From contig CM119266.1 of NCBI GenBank assembly GCA_051294375.1, positions 3,970,420-4,034,419 on the forward strand: a stretch of DNA of 64,000 nucleotides. The letters are read 5' to 3'. Shown here in pieces: positions 13,376 through 24,169 of the stretch. Below the pieces are notes generated by a model. The model worked only from the letters and a program-made list of their open reading frames with translations, searched no databases and was not told the origin of the DNA. Within the stretch, counting starts at the first letter, position 1, and the number at the start of each line of letters is the position of its first letter. The position numbers were made by a program, and so were the translations under genes. Origin of the DNA: Paraspadella gotoi. Lineage: Eukaryota; Animalia; Chaetognatha.

Positions 13376-14184
13376 TGAGGCTGATTTGGGGATATAAGTG
13401 AGACTCGTGCCTAAATCAAATTAAAAATATTTTTAAAAAATAATAATCTTGAAATTCGAAGACCAATGATATAACCTCGTTTAAAAAATCATTCAATATT
13501 TAAATGTCAACAGTCAAGAAACAAAAGCGAAGTTTATTTGTTTCAATCTGATGGATTAAACCTTCTTCAACTGCGCAAAGGAAATAAAAATATCTCCAAA
13601 AATAATCAGCAAAATTAACATAATAGACGGGATGAAAAACTAAATCTAAAATTAAACTCAAAATATTGGCGAGAGACGACCTGATACTCAGTTGCAGCTA
13701 AATGAAATTGCAGGGCTGCAATAAACACCAAAATAAATACGATGACGTGAATGGCAAAAACAGCATAAAAAATTTGGAGCATGCAGATGTAAAATTGACC
13801 CCAAGTATGCGTTGGCTAAATGACGCATACTAAATAAATAACAGGCATTTTCTTGAACTCCTTAGTTTTTTTCTAAACCGCAATAGTAAAAAACGACAGA
13901 ATTTATACCCGTAACTATACCAACTTTAATCCTGATAAATTAATATTATCTTCCGAATAAACTTTTAGGAAAGGTTAAACTTTACGGTGACAATTAATTC
14001 ATCTTTACTAAAAATTAAATGCTAATTCTAAATATTTCAAATTTCTTCTTTTCAAAAGGACAAAGAAAACAAAAAGACAATCTCTATCTCTAAGCCATCG
14101 CTCACCCTCGGGCGACACAAGCTGAAAACAATGTCATTCAAAGTCAAAGTCATTCAAAATAATAACAATCACACCAAAATAGAA

Positions 14185-17100
14185 TCAGTTTGGCCGCAGA
14201 AACTCTGACGCGGACCCTCCCTCCCCACGAGAACTTTGTCCGTATCCTTCTTGCAAAAACATTTCAGAGATGGCCGACTCGAGGCGATTGTATTCGGCGA
14301 GTTGCGTCCGCGGTTGCGCCTCCGCGTCGACGACAGACTTGAGCGCCTCCATCTGCCGTCGAATTCCGAAGGCCTCGGAAAAAGTTCTCTTACGAGAATC
14401 TGATTGAGCGAAGGAGGAAAATCTCTGGTAGTCGATGTCTTGACGTCGACGGAAAAGGGCACAAGGCAAAGCGCTCCCTTCGCTTAAGTCAAAACTGAAA
14501 TCATTCTCAACCATCAACGAAAAGGCGTCTTGCTCGAGTAACAGTTCTTTGATGGGTCGGCTGGGTTCGTAGGCCACTTTGTGCATGTTCAGTTCCCCCG
14601 AAGGCCTCTTCGCGTTCTCGCCAATGATGCGTTGAGGAGCGAGCGAGCATTCGGAAGACGAGGCGACCATGCTGTTTCGTCGCTCCGTCAAAATTTCCTC
14701 ACCTCGTTGACAAAGAGGGTAAGACTCCTGAGTAGGAGAGAGTTCGCTCAAAATCAGCGACGTCTGTAAATCTCCGGAACCAGCGACTTGGCGAGAGACG
14801 GAGACGCGGACCGAGGATCGAGTGTGACCCTCGATCTTGAAGCTGAGCCGATGACGGAAGAGTTCTACAGAGCGTTTCGTCTTGAAGGAACCAGAGTCTC
14901 TGCTTTTGTCGAATCGACTTTTTAATTTGGCGATAGCAAACCGTGCTCGCTTGGGGGAGAGGCCAGATTGCAAGAGATCTTCGTAAGATGTAAGCGTTTT
15001 TTTCTTGATCTCCCGGTTTTCATGGTCTCTGTAGTGGGGTTCTTCTGCGGACGGGGAACGGCTATGGGTTGGAGAACGACTCTTAAATGGGGATCGAATC
15101 TTTGAGGAGCGAACAAGCGGAAACTGAGAAGCGGTTCCTCTTTCCCGACTTCGCTTTTGGATCAAACTAGGATCTTTCTTTTCTTTTTTAGTTTTATCAA
15201 TTTGGAGATGTTTTTCTGTTGAGGTGATCAAAGGGCTTTTTGGAAGCGCCTTGATTGGGAACGTAACTGTTGGAAACTCATGGTTTTTATCAAAATCGCC
15301 TCCTTTTGATTTGCTTGCCCCTTTTTCAACCGCGGGTCGTCTTTCTTTGTTTTTCGATGACGCTTCGCGATGGACGCTGATTGTGGGCGGAGCTGGGTCA
15401 TCGACGCTGGTCGAGGTCACTTCTGGATTTTGGAACAGTATTGGAATAAAGTGCAACTCGTTTTCGGAATCTTCTTTGACTTCCACGACTTCCGCAGCGT
15501 CGGAGACTTTCACGTTTCCACACACCACCGCCCTGTGCATATCTGGACTTTCCATGATCCTAACCGGGTGGATGGGCTCTGTAGACGCGTTAGTTCGAGG
15601 CAATGGCAATGAGATGCAATTCTTGGACAAAACTCCCGTTTTCAGCGGCCGTTGCAAGGAAACCTCGCAATATCTCATCTCGCTCTCGCGTGCAACGAAG
15701 TCGTTGGGCAACAACGTGGCGAAGGGTTGCGTCAAGGAGACATTGCCATCCTCTTCGACGGCGTCGGCCGTGTCGATCAACATCAAAGAGATGGACTGCG
15801 GTTCGCCATTCTCTGCAAAGGCAATTGATTCGCCGGGAAAGAAAATCTGGGGATTCTCGTTATCGGTCAGCTCGGCTGGTTGTAACGGGAGATTGGCCAG
15901 TTGAAATGGAGGATTGTCGGGCCGGTCAGCTGGTTGTAGCGAGAGAGCATCAATTGGCTGGTTGGCAAGCTGGAGCGATAAAGAATCGTTGGGTTGGTTA
16001 GCCTTCCGGGCCGAGAAGCGATCGTCGGGCTGAGTGAGAGAATCGCCAAGTTTTGTCATTGCAGATTTTTCCTCTTCGAAGGTCGATTCGAGCGGAATGA
16101 TGGGAACCTCAGCACCAGGGTCTTTTGGGGGAAGTTCGGGGGAGGCGGGCCGAGAATTGATTGATTGCTCCGATGTCTGAGCGGTGACGGTTTCTTCCGA
16201 GTCAGAATCTACGTTTATTTGACTCGGGTCAATCGAATTTTCAGAAGTGACTAACAAGGCCTCTTTAGATTCTGTAAGCTGGACTTTATGTTGGACAGAA
16301 TATGTTTTGGATTGCGGCTGGTTAATACTATCGATCGATTCGGTGTCATCCATTTGCGCATTTTCATTCAAGTTTGAAAAAGAAGATGCCACGCTCACTT
16401 GACTTACATCTATAAAATTCTCAGAAGAGACTAAAAACACCTCACTAGTTTCAGTTGGCTGAACTGTTAGCGAGGTGGATACTGAATTTCCTGAATCTAC
16501 CAGTGATTTTGATTGTTGCCGAGTCTGGGCAGTGGTGACACTATATTGACAGGATTTTACTGTCATGTTTTTCACCGATTCTGAACATTGAGCTGTCAAT
16601 GAATTTTCTACGTTTATTTCACTCACGATCGTATTTTCTTCAGAGTGGGGTGACATCTTTAAATTATCGCAAACGGGTTTGTTAAAAATAAAAATGCCCT
16701 CTTCTTGGGGCAAAAATGAATCAATATTGTCTTCGGCAGAAACTGATTTTTCCGAAACGTCGACCGATTGGTTATTCGGGGGAATAGTTTCAGTGGAAGA
16801 GTAGCTAGTTTCTGATGCAGAAGGTAATACGTTAACGATGTTGCTATTGGAAGTGATGGATAATTTCGCGGAGACTGTATCGCTACATTGGATGGAATTA
16901 GGTTGTTTAACATCCGACATCTGATTTTCAGAAACAGAGTGTCGAGTGCTTTCGGCAACCTTGTCGATATTGTCAAAGCTTGATTTATGAGACATTTCTT
17001 TTCCAAGTACGCTAGAATTTATCGAGGCGTTTAATTTAAAAGGCCACAATTTCTCACGAACGGCGTTCTCTTCCAATGCTTGGACAGGTGAAACTACTTC

Positions 17101-18576
17101 TTTCACAATCACAGAATCATTTTCTTGAATACTGTGACAAGATTGAAACCAATCTTCGTCATCGGATGATGACGATTCCGAAGACGTCTTGTCCTCAATA
17201 TCTACACCCATATTGGCTTTAATCCAAGATTTTCGTTTCATAAGCTTCGCCTTCATTCTCAACTTTAATTTCTTTTTGTAAATGCTATACAATACAAAGG
17301 GATCTTTAACGACAATAGGACGCTTGGTTTTGAGCGGCAATGCTTCTTTTGAAGACTTTGAGACCAACTCTTGAAGACTCGTAGACAGACCGGAAAATAT
17401 AGAATTACTATTGAGCAATGATGCGTCAGATTTGGATTCAGAATGAGAAGCATCCTTCGGGACACTACTTGCGACGTTCGAGAGAACGGTAGAAGATTTT
17501 GTTCGAAGACTGCAGTCTCCATTTTTTGAATGGCAACGTGATGGCAAATCTTCCGAGCTTTTGAAAGAGCTTGGCTGTAAACCTTTTCTACAAGACACCA
17601 CGTCGATGGAAGAATGCGACTTTACTTTATTTCCCAGAATTGGTGCGCAACTCTTTGCAGCCTTTTGCGACCATTTAGTCTTCGAACGTTGGTCGTCACC
17701 GAGAGAATTAATAGGCTTGACCTTGTCGCCAAAATTCGTGACGAATGCTTTTTTCGATTTTTCTGACGAAATCACAGCGGGATTACAGGATGCAACTTTT
17801 AAATTAACTGCTTTACTACTGATTCCTGGGATCTTGCTATCTTTTACTGTTTTATTCTCAGTTTTTTGACCAGTGTTCTTTTCTTTGATTTTCAATTGAC
17901 TGTCAGTAGGTTTGGTTCCCGATTTTGCCTCATCACCATGTTTCGTAAGCACTTCTTTGACTTTTGCTTCTTTACCATGCTTTTGAAGCACTTTTGCTTC
18001 TTTTTCGTGTTTTTGAAACATTGCATTGACTTTTGCTTCATTACCAGGCTTCTGAAGCGCTTCTTTTGTCTCATTCCCATGCTTTGCAAGCATTGCTTTG
18101 ACTTTTTTTTCATTTCCGTGTTTCCCAAGCAATTCTTTGACTTTCTCTCCATTTCTTTCCTTAACCTTTTCAAGTAAAAGGCGCATCTTGCCATGATCGG
18201 GACCTACCTCGCTATTCTTGTCATCTTTTACTTTCCAATTTTGACTAAACTTTGGAATCTTCGACTTATTATCGGACGCTTCGTCAATCACTCTCTCTCG
18301 AACATTGACGGAAGAGTGCGTCTTCACCGACTTGACGGCTTTCGCTTTGGGGTTTTTCCGACTTCTCTCCGACTTTTTGTTGAGGAAAGGCGTCTGCTCG
18401 GAGGTAAAGATGCTGGAGGCGAAAGGGATGTCATCTCGAACAAAAGAGCAAGCGACGCGACGATCGGCGCGTTCAACGACTCCGGTCGAGAGTTTGACTC
18501 GAGACGAGCGCTCGCGGAGAAAAGGGACGACGGCGCCGGCGAGTCGATTCAAGTCTCGTTGGATTCGCGAAGGCAT
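14185..18576 (-). CDS. Uncharacterised ~1460-aa single-exon, mostly disordered protein
   Basis: 4.4-kb stop-free ORF with first ATG at 18576, bounded by AT-rich DNA; S/K/E-rich; no domain recognised. Confidence 0.7.
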   Translation of the reverse strand: MPSRIQRDLNRLAGAVVPFLRERSSRVKLSTGVVERADRRVACSFVRDDIPFASSIFTSEQTPFLNKKSERSRKNPKAKAVKSVKTHSSVNVRERVIDEASDNKSKIPKFSQNWKVKDDKNSEVGPDHGKMRLLLEKVKERNGEKVKELLGKHGNEKKVKAMLAKHGNETKEALQKPGNEAKVNAMFQKHEKEAKVLQKHGKEAKVKEVLTKHGDEAKSGTKPTDSQLKIKEKNTGQKTENKTVKDSKIPGISSKAVNLKVASCNPAVISSEKSKKAFVTNFGDKVKPINSLGDDQRSKTKWSQKAAKSCAPILGNKVKSHSSIDVVSCRKGLQPSSFKSSEDLPSRCHSKNGDCSLRTKSSTVLSNVASSVPKDASHSESKSDASLLNSNSIFSGLSTSLQELVSKSSKEALPLKTKRPIVVKDPFVLYSIYKKKLKLRMKAKLMKRKSWIKANMGVDIEDKTSSESSSSDDEDWFQSCHSIQENDSVIVKEVVSPVQALEENAVREKLWPFKLNASINSSVLGKEMSHKSSFDNIDKVAESTRHSVSENQMSDVKQPNSIQCSDTVSAKLSITSNSNIVNVLPSASETSYSSTETIPPNNQSVDVSEKSVSAEDNIDSFLPQEEGIFIFNKPVCDNLKMSPHSEENTIVSEINVENSLTAQCSESVKNMTVKSCQYSVTTAQTRQQSKSLVDSGNSVSTSLTVQPTETSEVFLVSSENFIDVSQVSVASSFSNLNENAQMDDTESIDSINQPQSKTYSVQHKVQLTESKEALLVTSENSIDPSQINVDSDSEETVTAQTSEQSINSRPASPELPPKDPGAEVPIIPLESTFEEEKSAMTKLGDSLTQPDDRFSARKANQPNDSLSLQLANQPIDALSLQPADRPDNPPFQLANLPLQPAELTDNENPQIFFPGESIAFAENGEPQSISLMLIDTADAVEEDGNVSLTQPFATLLPNDFVARESEMRYCEVSLQRPLKTGVLSKNCISLPLPRTNASTEPIHPVRIMESPDMHRAVVCGNVKVSDAAEVVEVKEDSENELHFIPILFQNPEVTSTSVDDPAPPTISVHREASSKNKERRPAVEKGASKSKGGDFDKNHEFPTVTFPIKALPKSPLITSTEKHLQIDKTKKEKKDPSLIQKRSRERGTASQFPLVRSSKIRSPFKSRSPTHSRSPSAEEPHYRDHENREIKKKTLTSYEDLLQSGLSPKRARFAIAKLKSRFDKSRDSGSFKTKRSVELFRHRLSFKIEGHTRSSVRVSVSRQVAGSGDLQTSLILSELSPTQESYPLCQRGEEILTERRNSMVASSSECSLAPQRIIGENAKRPSGELNMHKVAYEPSRPIKELLLEQDAFSLMVENDFSFDLSEGSALPCALFRRRQDIDYQRFSSFAQSDSRKRTFSEAFGIRRQMEALKSVVDAEAQPRTQLAEYNRLESAISEMFLQEGYGQSSRGEGGSASEFLRPN

Positions 18577-19369
18577 CACAAAAACACAATCGCAAAAGAA
18601 GAGTATCTACGATAAATGATAGACCTCCCAACTCATTTCCGATGCAGTTAATGCTTTAGAATAATAACTGTCAACTAAATTCTCTATAAAATGATTTGTT
18701 TTAATTTTTTAGTGATTAATTGACTAACTAATAAACATTTTTTATTAAATTATGAATATCAATATGGAAAATGGTAAATATGTTAAAGTTTCAATTGGTT
18801 GGATCATAACTTGAAATGCTTCCCTATATTCTTTTCCTAACTAAAAATCACTTACTGAGTAAATTCCGTAATTAACAAGTGAAAACTCTACGTACGTAAT
18901 TTTAAAAAAAGGGTTTTTTTTTTGGCAAAAACAATTTAATGTTAAATTGTGAAAAGCAAAAAGCTCCAAAGTAAATATCCACTTCACGATGAGCCAAGAC
19001 ATGAACTGGAAATGAGCGTCAATTTGTAGTCAATCAAGAAAAGATACAACGGATGATAACAAATCTCGATTGACATATTCATAAATATGCAAAAAAAAAT
19101 TAACCCAAAAAGTGCCACTACATCTGCAAAGTTATGTCAATGAGGAAGAAACATGAAGATGACTATTGTTTACATTAATAATACGACGTATATTAAAAAT
19201 CAATAATCTAAGATCTATACGTGTGATACAGACATTTAATGAAAAAAAAACACACGGAAATTAATATGAGCTTTTTTGATACAGTTTTTTTTTTTTTGGC
19301 GGTTAGGACAGGATGCGAGAAAAAAAGGTAAAATTATAGCTGGCAGATTTGGTCGCGTTGTTTTTTTTT

Positions 19370-22027
19370 TTAACTCTTAGCCTTTTCAGTCAATTTAGCG
19401 CGAATTTTAAAGAATTCCGGTTGATTTGAATTGGATTGCATTCGCACCGGAGATTCGTGATCCGATTGTTTGTGCGACGTCGATTCCTCAGCATCTCCAT
19501 CATCTTCCTCGATGTTGAGCTGCTTCCCCAGCTTTTCCACGTGTTTCTCCAGCTCCTTCTCAAAGTCGGGCTTGGATCTTTCCTTCGACTCTTCCTTGTC
19601 TCTCTCCCTCTGCTTCTCCAGCCGTTTGTCGAACACCTGCCGCAACTCTGACTTCTTGGGCAACATGGCGACCATCTCGCCGTGCGTCTGCGAGATCTGC
19701 AGCAGCTCGCGGTGGAGGCCCTGTCTCTCTCTGGACTCTAGACAAGGATTGATCAACTTCTTGGGTTCGATGAGACCCTCGCGATTCCGTCGCGACTCGG
19801 GACTTCCCGGTGGAAAGACCGTGGGCAGCGTGGCGGCCTTTCGAGGACTTTCCCCGCGAGGGAGCGGGGGACTGTTTTGAGCGGAGGATCGATTGTGGCC
19901 CTTTGACTGAAAGACGCCGGGCGTCGTCGAATGCCTATGGGAACAATGAGAGGGCGACGCCGACGACGCAGCCTTTTTCTCTCCGTTTCCGGTGCCGTTC
20001 CACGCCGGAAACGCCGTCGAGAGATCGATGACGTCCGACCGCTGAGACGGCGCTCGATGGCCGCATTGATTGCAGCCGCCGCCGCCGCGCAGTGATGGCG
20101 AAGCGGGCGGGCTGTCGGCCATCGGACTACCCGGCAGCATTGAGGGAACCATGAAGGGCACCCGAATGGCCCCGGGGCTGAGCTTGTTGGGCGTGGACGC
20201 CGGTGATCTTCGTTGCGGGCGAACGGGGGAATGCATAGTGGGCGTGGCCGGCGACGGGGCAGACGGACTTGTGGGGCTGAGCACGGGATCCTTGACTTTA
20301 AGGTCGCTGGGCGGCGCCTCCCCCGCGTGCTGCCTTAAGTCGGCCAATGCCCGACCGTGGATTTCGCGAGGATCGCGAGATCGAAAATCTTCCTTGAATC
20401 GGTTGGTCGGAGGAGGAGGAGAAGATTCCTTGAATTTACCCGCGCGCTTCTCGTGGAACTTTAAGTACCTTTAGGGGGGGGAGAGAGAGAGAGGATGGGT
20501 TATTAATAGGTTATGGTTATTAATACAAATCTGCGTTTTGTTGGTCTACCTGCATTCTTTATCTCTCTTTTTATAAAATTGAAGCAACCAATATAAAAAT
20601 TATCCACTAACTTAATAAATAAGCTATCTGGCCTCATACGTTGGGACAGGATACCGTGGGTAAAGGCCTCCATCTCTTTCACAAGATAAAAAGAATGCAA
20701 GACACTGAAATATTTTAATCAGCATATCTTGTAGCAGAGTAATTGGGGTTCATTTCAAATTGAAACCCTCAATCTCATTTACATAATACATATTGTAGCA
20801 CAATTTTTCATATCCTTTGATTCTATCACTAATTATAGGGTCAGTAAAGGAAGGAAGCATAAACGACATATAATTTACGAAAGATTCCAACTTTATACTC
20901 TCATCCTAGTATTTTGCACCTTTAGCTAGGAAAACGTAAATATTTTTATTTTACTCTTTCACTGGAAACTCATCACAGTCGTCATTGCATAGATTAGCAT
21001 TGAAATTGTCCGTTTACTTGCAAGGTACGTAGCCGATGTTTCTTTCCTCGCAGGTCGTTCGACACGCCCACCAAACTTTGGCTTTGCTCCTTTCATTCTC
21101 GCTCTCCAAAACCTGTCAAGCAAACGGAATGAGTAAATTGGGCGTGCTGAGATCTGTGTGTGGAGATCACTCGACAAGAGTCATCGAATACGTGCGCAAA
21201 AAACAAAGAGACGGGAAATCTGGAAGGATTTCAAACCGGTTTTTGACGCGAAAGACAATTTGATATTATTACTATTTAAAATTTAATCAATTGAGAGGGT
21301 GAGGCAACGATCGAGACGAAGTTCAGTGACTTGATCAGTTGCCACAAGGGGTCATTAACCTTGCAATTCTCAGTCCAACGAAACGAGTTAAAAGAAGATA
21401 TATTTTTTTCTAAGCGATGAAAAATTTTAATGACATACGAACAACATTCGTGATTCTATTCAAATCTGTTAAATAACGGAAATATCTAAAACTAACGTGT
21501 CTATTTGATTTGGTTCAAGACGAGAACAATTTGAATTTACTCCAAAATAACTAAACTAATCAATGTTTTTATCAAAAGCTCGTTTGAGAAACTTTAAATT
21601 GAAGCTGAAACTTAAGTCCACAGAAAACGTTCGAAGCTGGCCAATTTAAACATCTCTCTGCATGCGATGATAGAAGTCATTTCCGAAGCCAACCTTCGTG
21701 AACACGAAATAAAGGAAAAAAATCTAAAAAATAATTCGATCAAGAATCGAAAAAAAAGTAGATGTCCCGCTAAGTTATGTCGAGACGACGAAAGAATGAA
21801 ATTTGCTCCGGAGAATGCATGTAGATATTGCCGGGGCCTGGAGTCGCCCTTACCTCAAAGATACTCCCCCCCCCCTTTTTAGTCCTTACCTCAAAGATAC
21901 TCCCCCCCTTTTTAGTCCTTACCTCAAAGAGATCCCCCTTTTTGAAAGACAAACACGTATGGATGGGTTTTCCCTGCGAATTGAACTGCGGCGCCGTGAA
22001 GTTGGCGATTGCTCGATAAACATCCAT
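19370..22027 (-). CDS. FAM107: FAM107 (DUF1151) family protein with N-terminal SH3 domain (exons 22027-21923, 21112-21018, 20468-19370)
   Basis: C-terminal LIEPKKLINPCLESRERQGLHRELL...KSELRQVFDKR...PEFFKIRAKL is the FAM107 signature. Spliced N-terminus MDVYRAIANF...CLSFKKGDLFE|VLESE...WWACRTT...IGYVPCK|YLK is an SH3. Phases 0 and 2 are consistent. Confidence 0.85.
21846..21945 (-). repeat. Tandem triplication (33 and 36 bp) of an exon-intron junction
   Basis: TCTTTGAG|GTAAGG occurs three times; donors follow minus-strand positions 21923, 21890 and 21854. Confidence 0.9.
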
Positions 22028-22184
22028 GATGACGAAAATAGGTTCGGCGACGTTGACGACGAAGACGCAAACATTATCCTCGTATTTCGGACGACGCCAT
22101 GGCGCGAGATCTGCAAAGAGAGACGACGGGAAAGGAAAACAATGACGAGGGCGAGAGAGAAACCCTTCTCTCTTCCGCGACGGA

Positions 22185-22464
22185 AAAGAGAGAGAGAGNN
22201 NNNNNNNNAGAGAGAAAGAAAGAAAGCAAACGCGAAAAAAAAGTGTGTTGTGAGTGAGAGAGCGGAAAAATATTTTTCTTTCGTCTTGTTTGTTTTTGGT
22301 GTTAGTCATGCGGGAAATCGAGAAAAGCGAATAAGGGAGTAAAGAGTTTTCTTCCGCTCTCTCTCTCTCTCTCTGATTTTAATGTAACGAAAATCAAGCT
22401 GGGATGAGGAGTTGTTAAGAACAGAAAAAGCTCTTCCGACGAATTCCTAATAGAGAGAAAGAAA

Positions 22465-22502
<38 letters not shown>
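22185..22502. repeat. (GA)n/(CT)n microsatellite tracts, one containing an N gap
   Basis: GAGAGA runs at ~22188-22214 (with Ns) and ~22452-22502; CT run at ~22357-22373. Confidence 0.9.
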
Positions 22503-24169
22503 TTGCCGGGGCGAAGCGAGATCGATAGACCGATCGAGTATAAAATTCTTCACTTAAGGCTCTAAGCTTATTTTTTTCCATTATACATTTTTTTTGGGCG
22601 AAAAGGGAAATTTTTCGCCAAAGTCGATCGTTGCTGCCGCGAGAAAAAAAAAAAACAAAAAAAAGGCTCAAACGAAAACTGTTTCGAAAATTCAGGGAAA
22701 AACTTGGCAGCGAAGAAGGAATATCAAATTTTTTTTAAATAGAAGAGTCGGCAGCTTTGGCGACGGGGAGTGAAAAAAAAGACAAGAGTGGCAGGAAGGG
22801 AGTGACACTTGGAAAGTTTATTTCTAGTACGAGAAATAAAATTAAAATAGTTTGGTTCCCTGGGGATTAATCAGATCTCGACAAACGCATTAGCCAAATA
22901 GATTTGTAACTTAACATTTCATAAAATAAATAATTAACATCTCGTCTTGCATACTTTATGAGCGAGTTTTCTATTACATGTCAGACATAATTAGTTATTT
23001 TTCACGGATTAGTAGCATTTTTTTACGTCATAAAAAGAAGAGTTAAACTTTAAGTGAATAAAATGATTTTTCTTCGAAAAAAAGTAGCGTGGTTGAACCG
23101 AGAAAAAAGTGAGAAGAGAAAAAGGGTGAATCTCTTTGATGTTGTGGTTATTGTTTTCGTCACGTTGGATGAGGAAAGGCTTCGCCGCTTTAGACGCGAA
23201 ACTTTCTACGACTATCTTGCACCTGATATTGCACCCGATCCTAGATTTTCTGTGCAACGACGGATTACAATTCTTTCTCAGATTTCTACGGCCAAATTTC
23301 AAATAATCTCACGCGTTTTAACTATTGAGAGAGAGAGAGAGAAAAAGAGAGAGATTGAATTACCTTAATTTTTACAGCGGCGGAGGCGAAAGGGGAGAAG
23401 TCACGCTGTCGACCTTCGATGCCAAAAAGAAAAAGAGAAAAGGTCTCCCCTTAGTCTCCCCCGCTCCTTAGTTTTGATGATTTTGTTTGGGAGTGAGAGG
23501 CGGGTGAAAGAGGGGGGGAGAGAAAGAACCCACTGAAATCTTTTCTCTTTCCCAACACTTATTGTTTGTTTTTTTTTAATTCAGAGTCGCGTCATTCCTT
23601 CAAAATCTGTAAACAATAGAGTATTATAATATTGCATAGAAAAATCACGGTACGAAACGGCGAGGATACAAAACTAAAAAATTAATAAAATAAAAGAAGT
23701 TATATAAATGCCTCTGTTAAATAGTAGCTTTCTTTGGAATACATATATAGTATAATTGGATGGAATCTATAATATAATTTAACGAGTGCAAAAGCAAGGT
23801 TGGGCCGTACTTTGGACCTGGCCCAATTAATTTCAAATCCCAACATTTTTTGGGCCATAAAACGAGAAAATAAAACTGGTTAGTTTCGTTGGAGGATTTA
23901 GAAGAAAAAAAAATTCGCTCGGAAGTCGAGCTTCTTCCCCAATTTGATTTAAATGTTCGTTCCACTTTTAAAGACGACGCTTAATAACAGTAGTAATACC
24001 AATGTAATATTTATTAAAACAAAAAATAAAAAAAGAAACATAATCACAACATTCATCACTGGATAATTTGAGCAAGTTTTCAAGGACGAAAAAAATGCAC
24101 TGTGGCGTTTGGAATGATATGTTATTTTTACTTTTTATTTAAAATTTCGATCGCAACAGCAAAATATTA

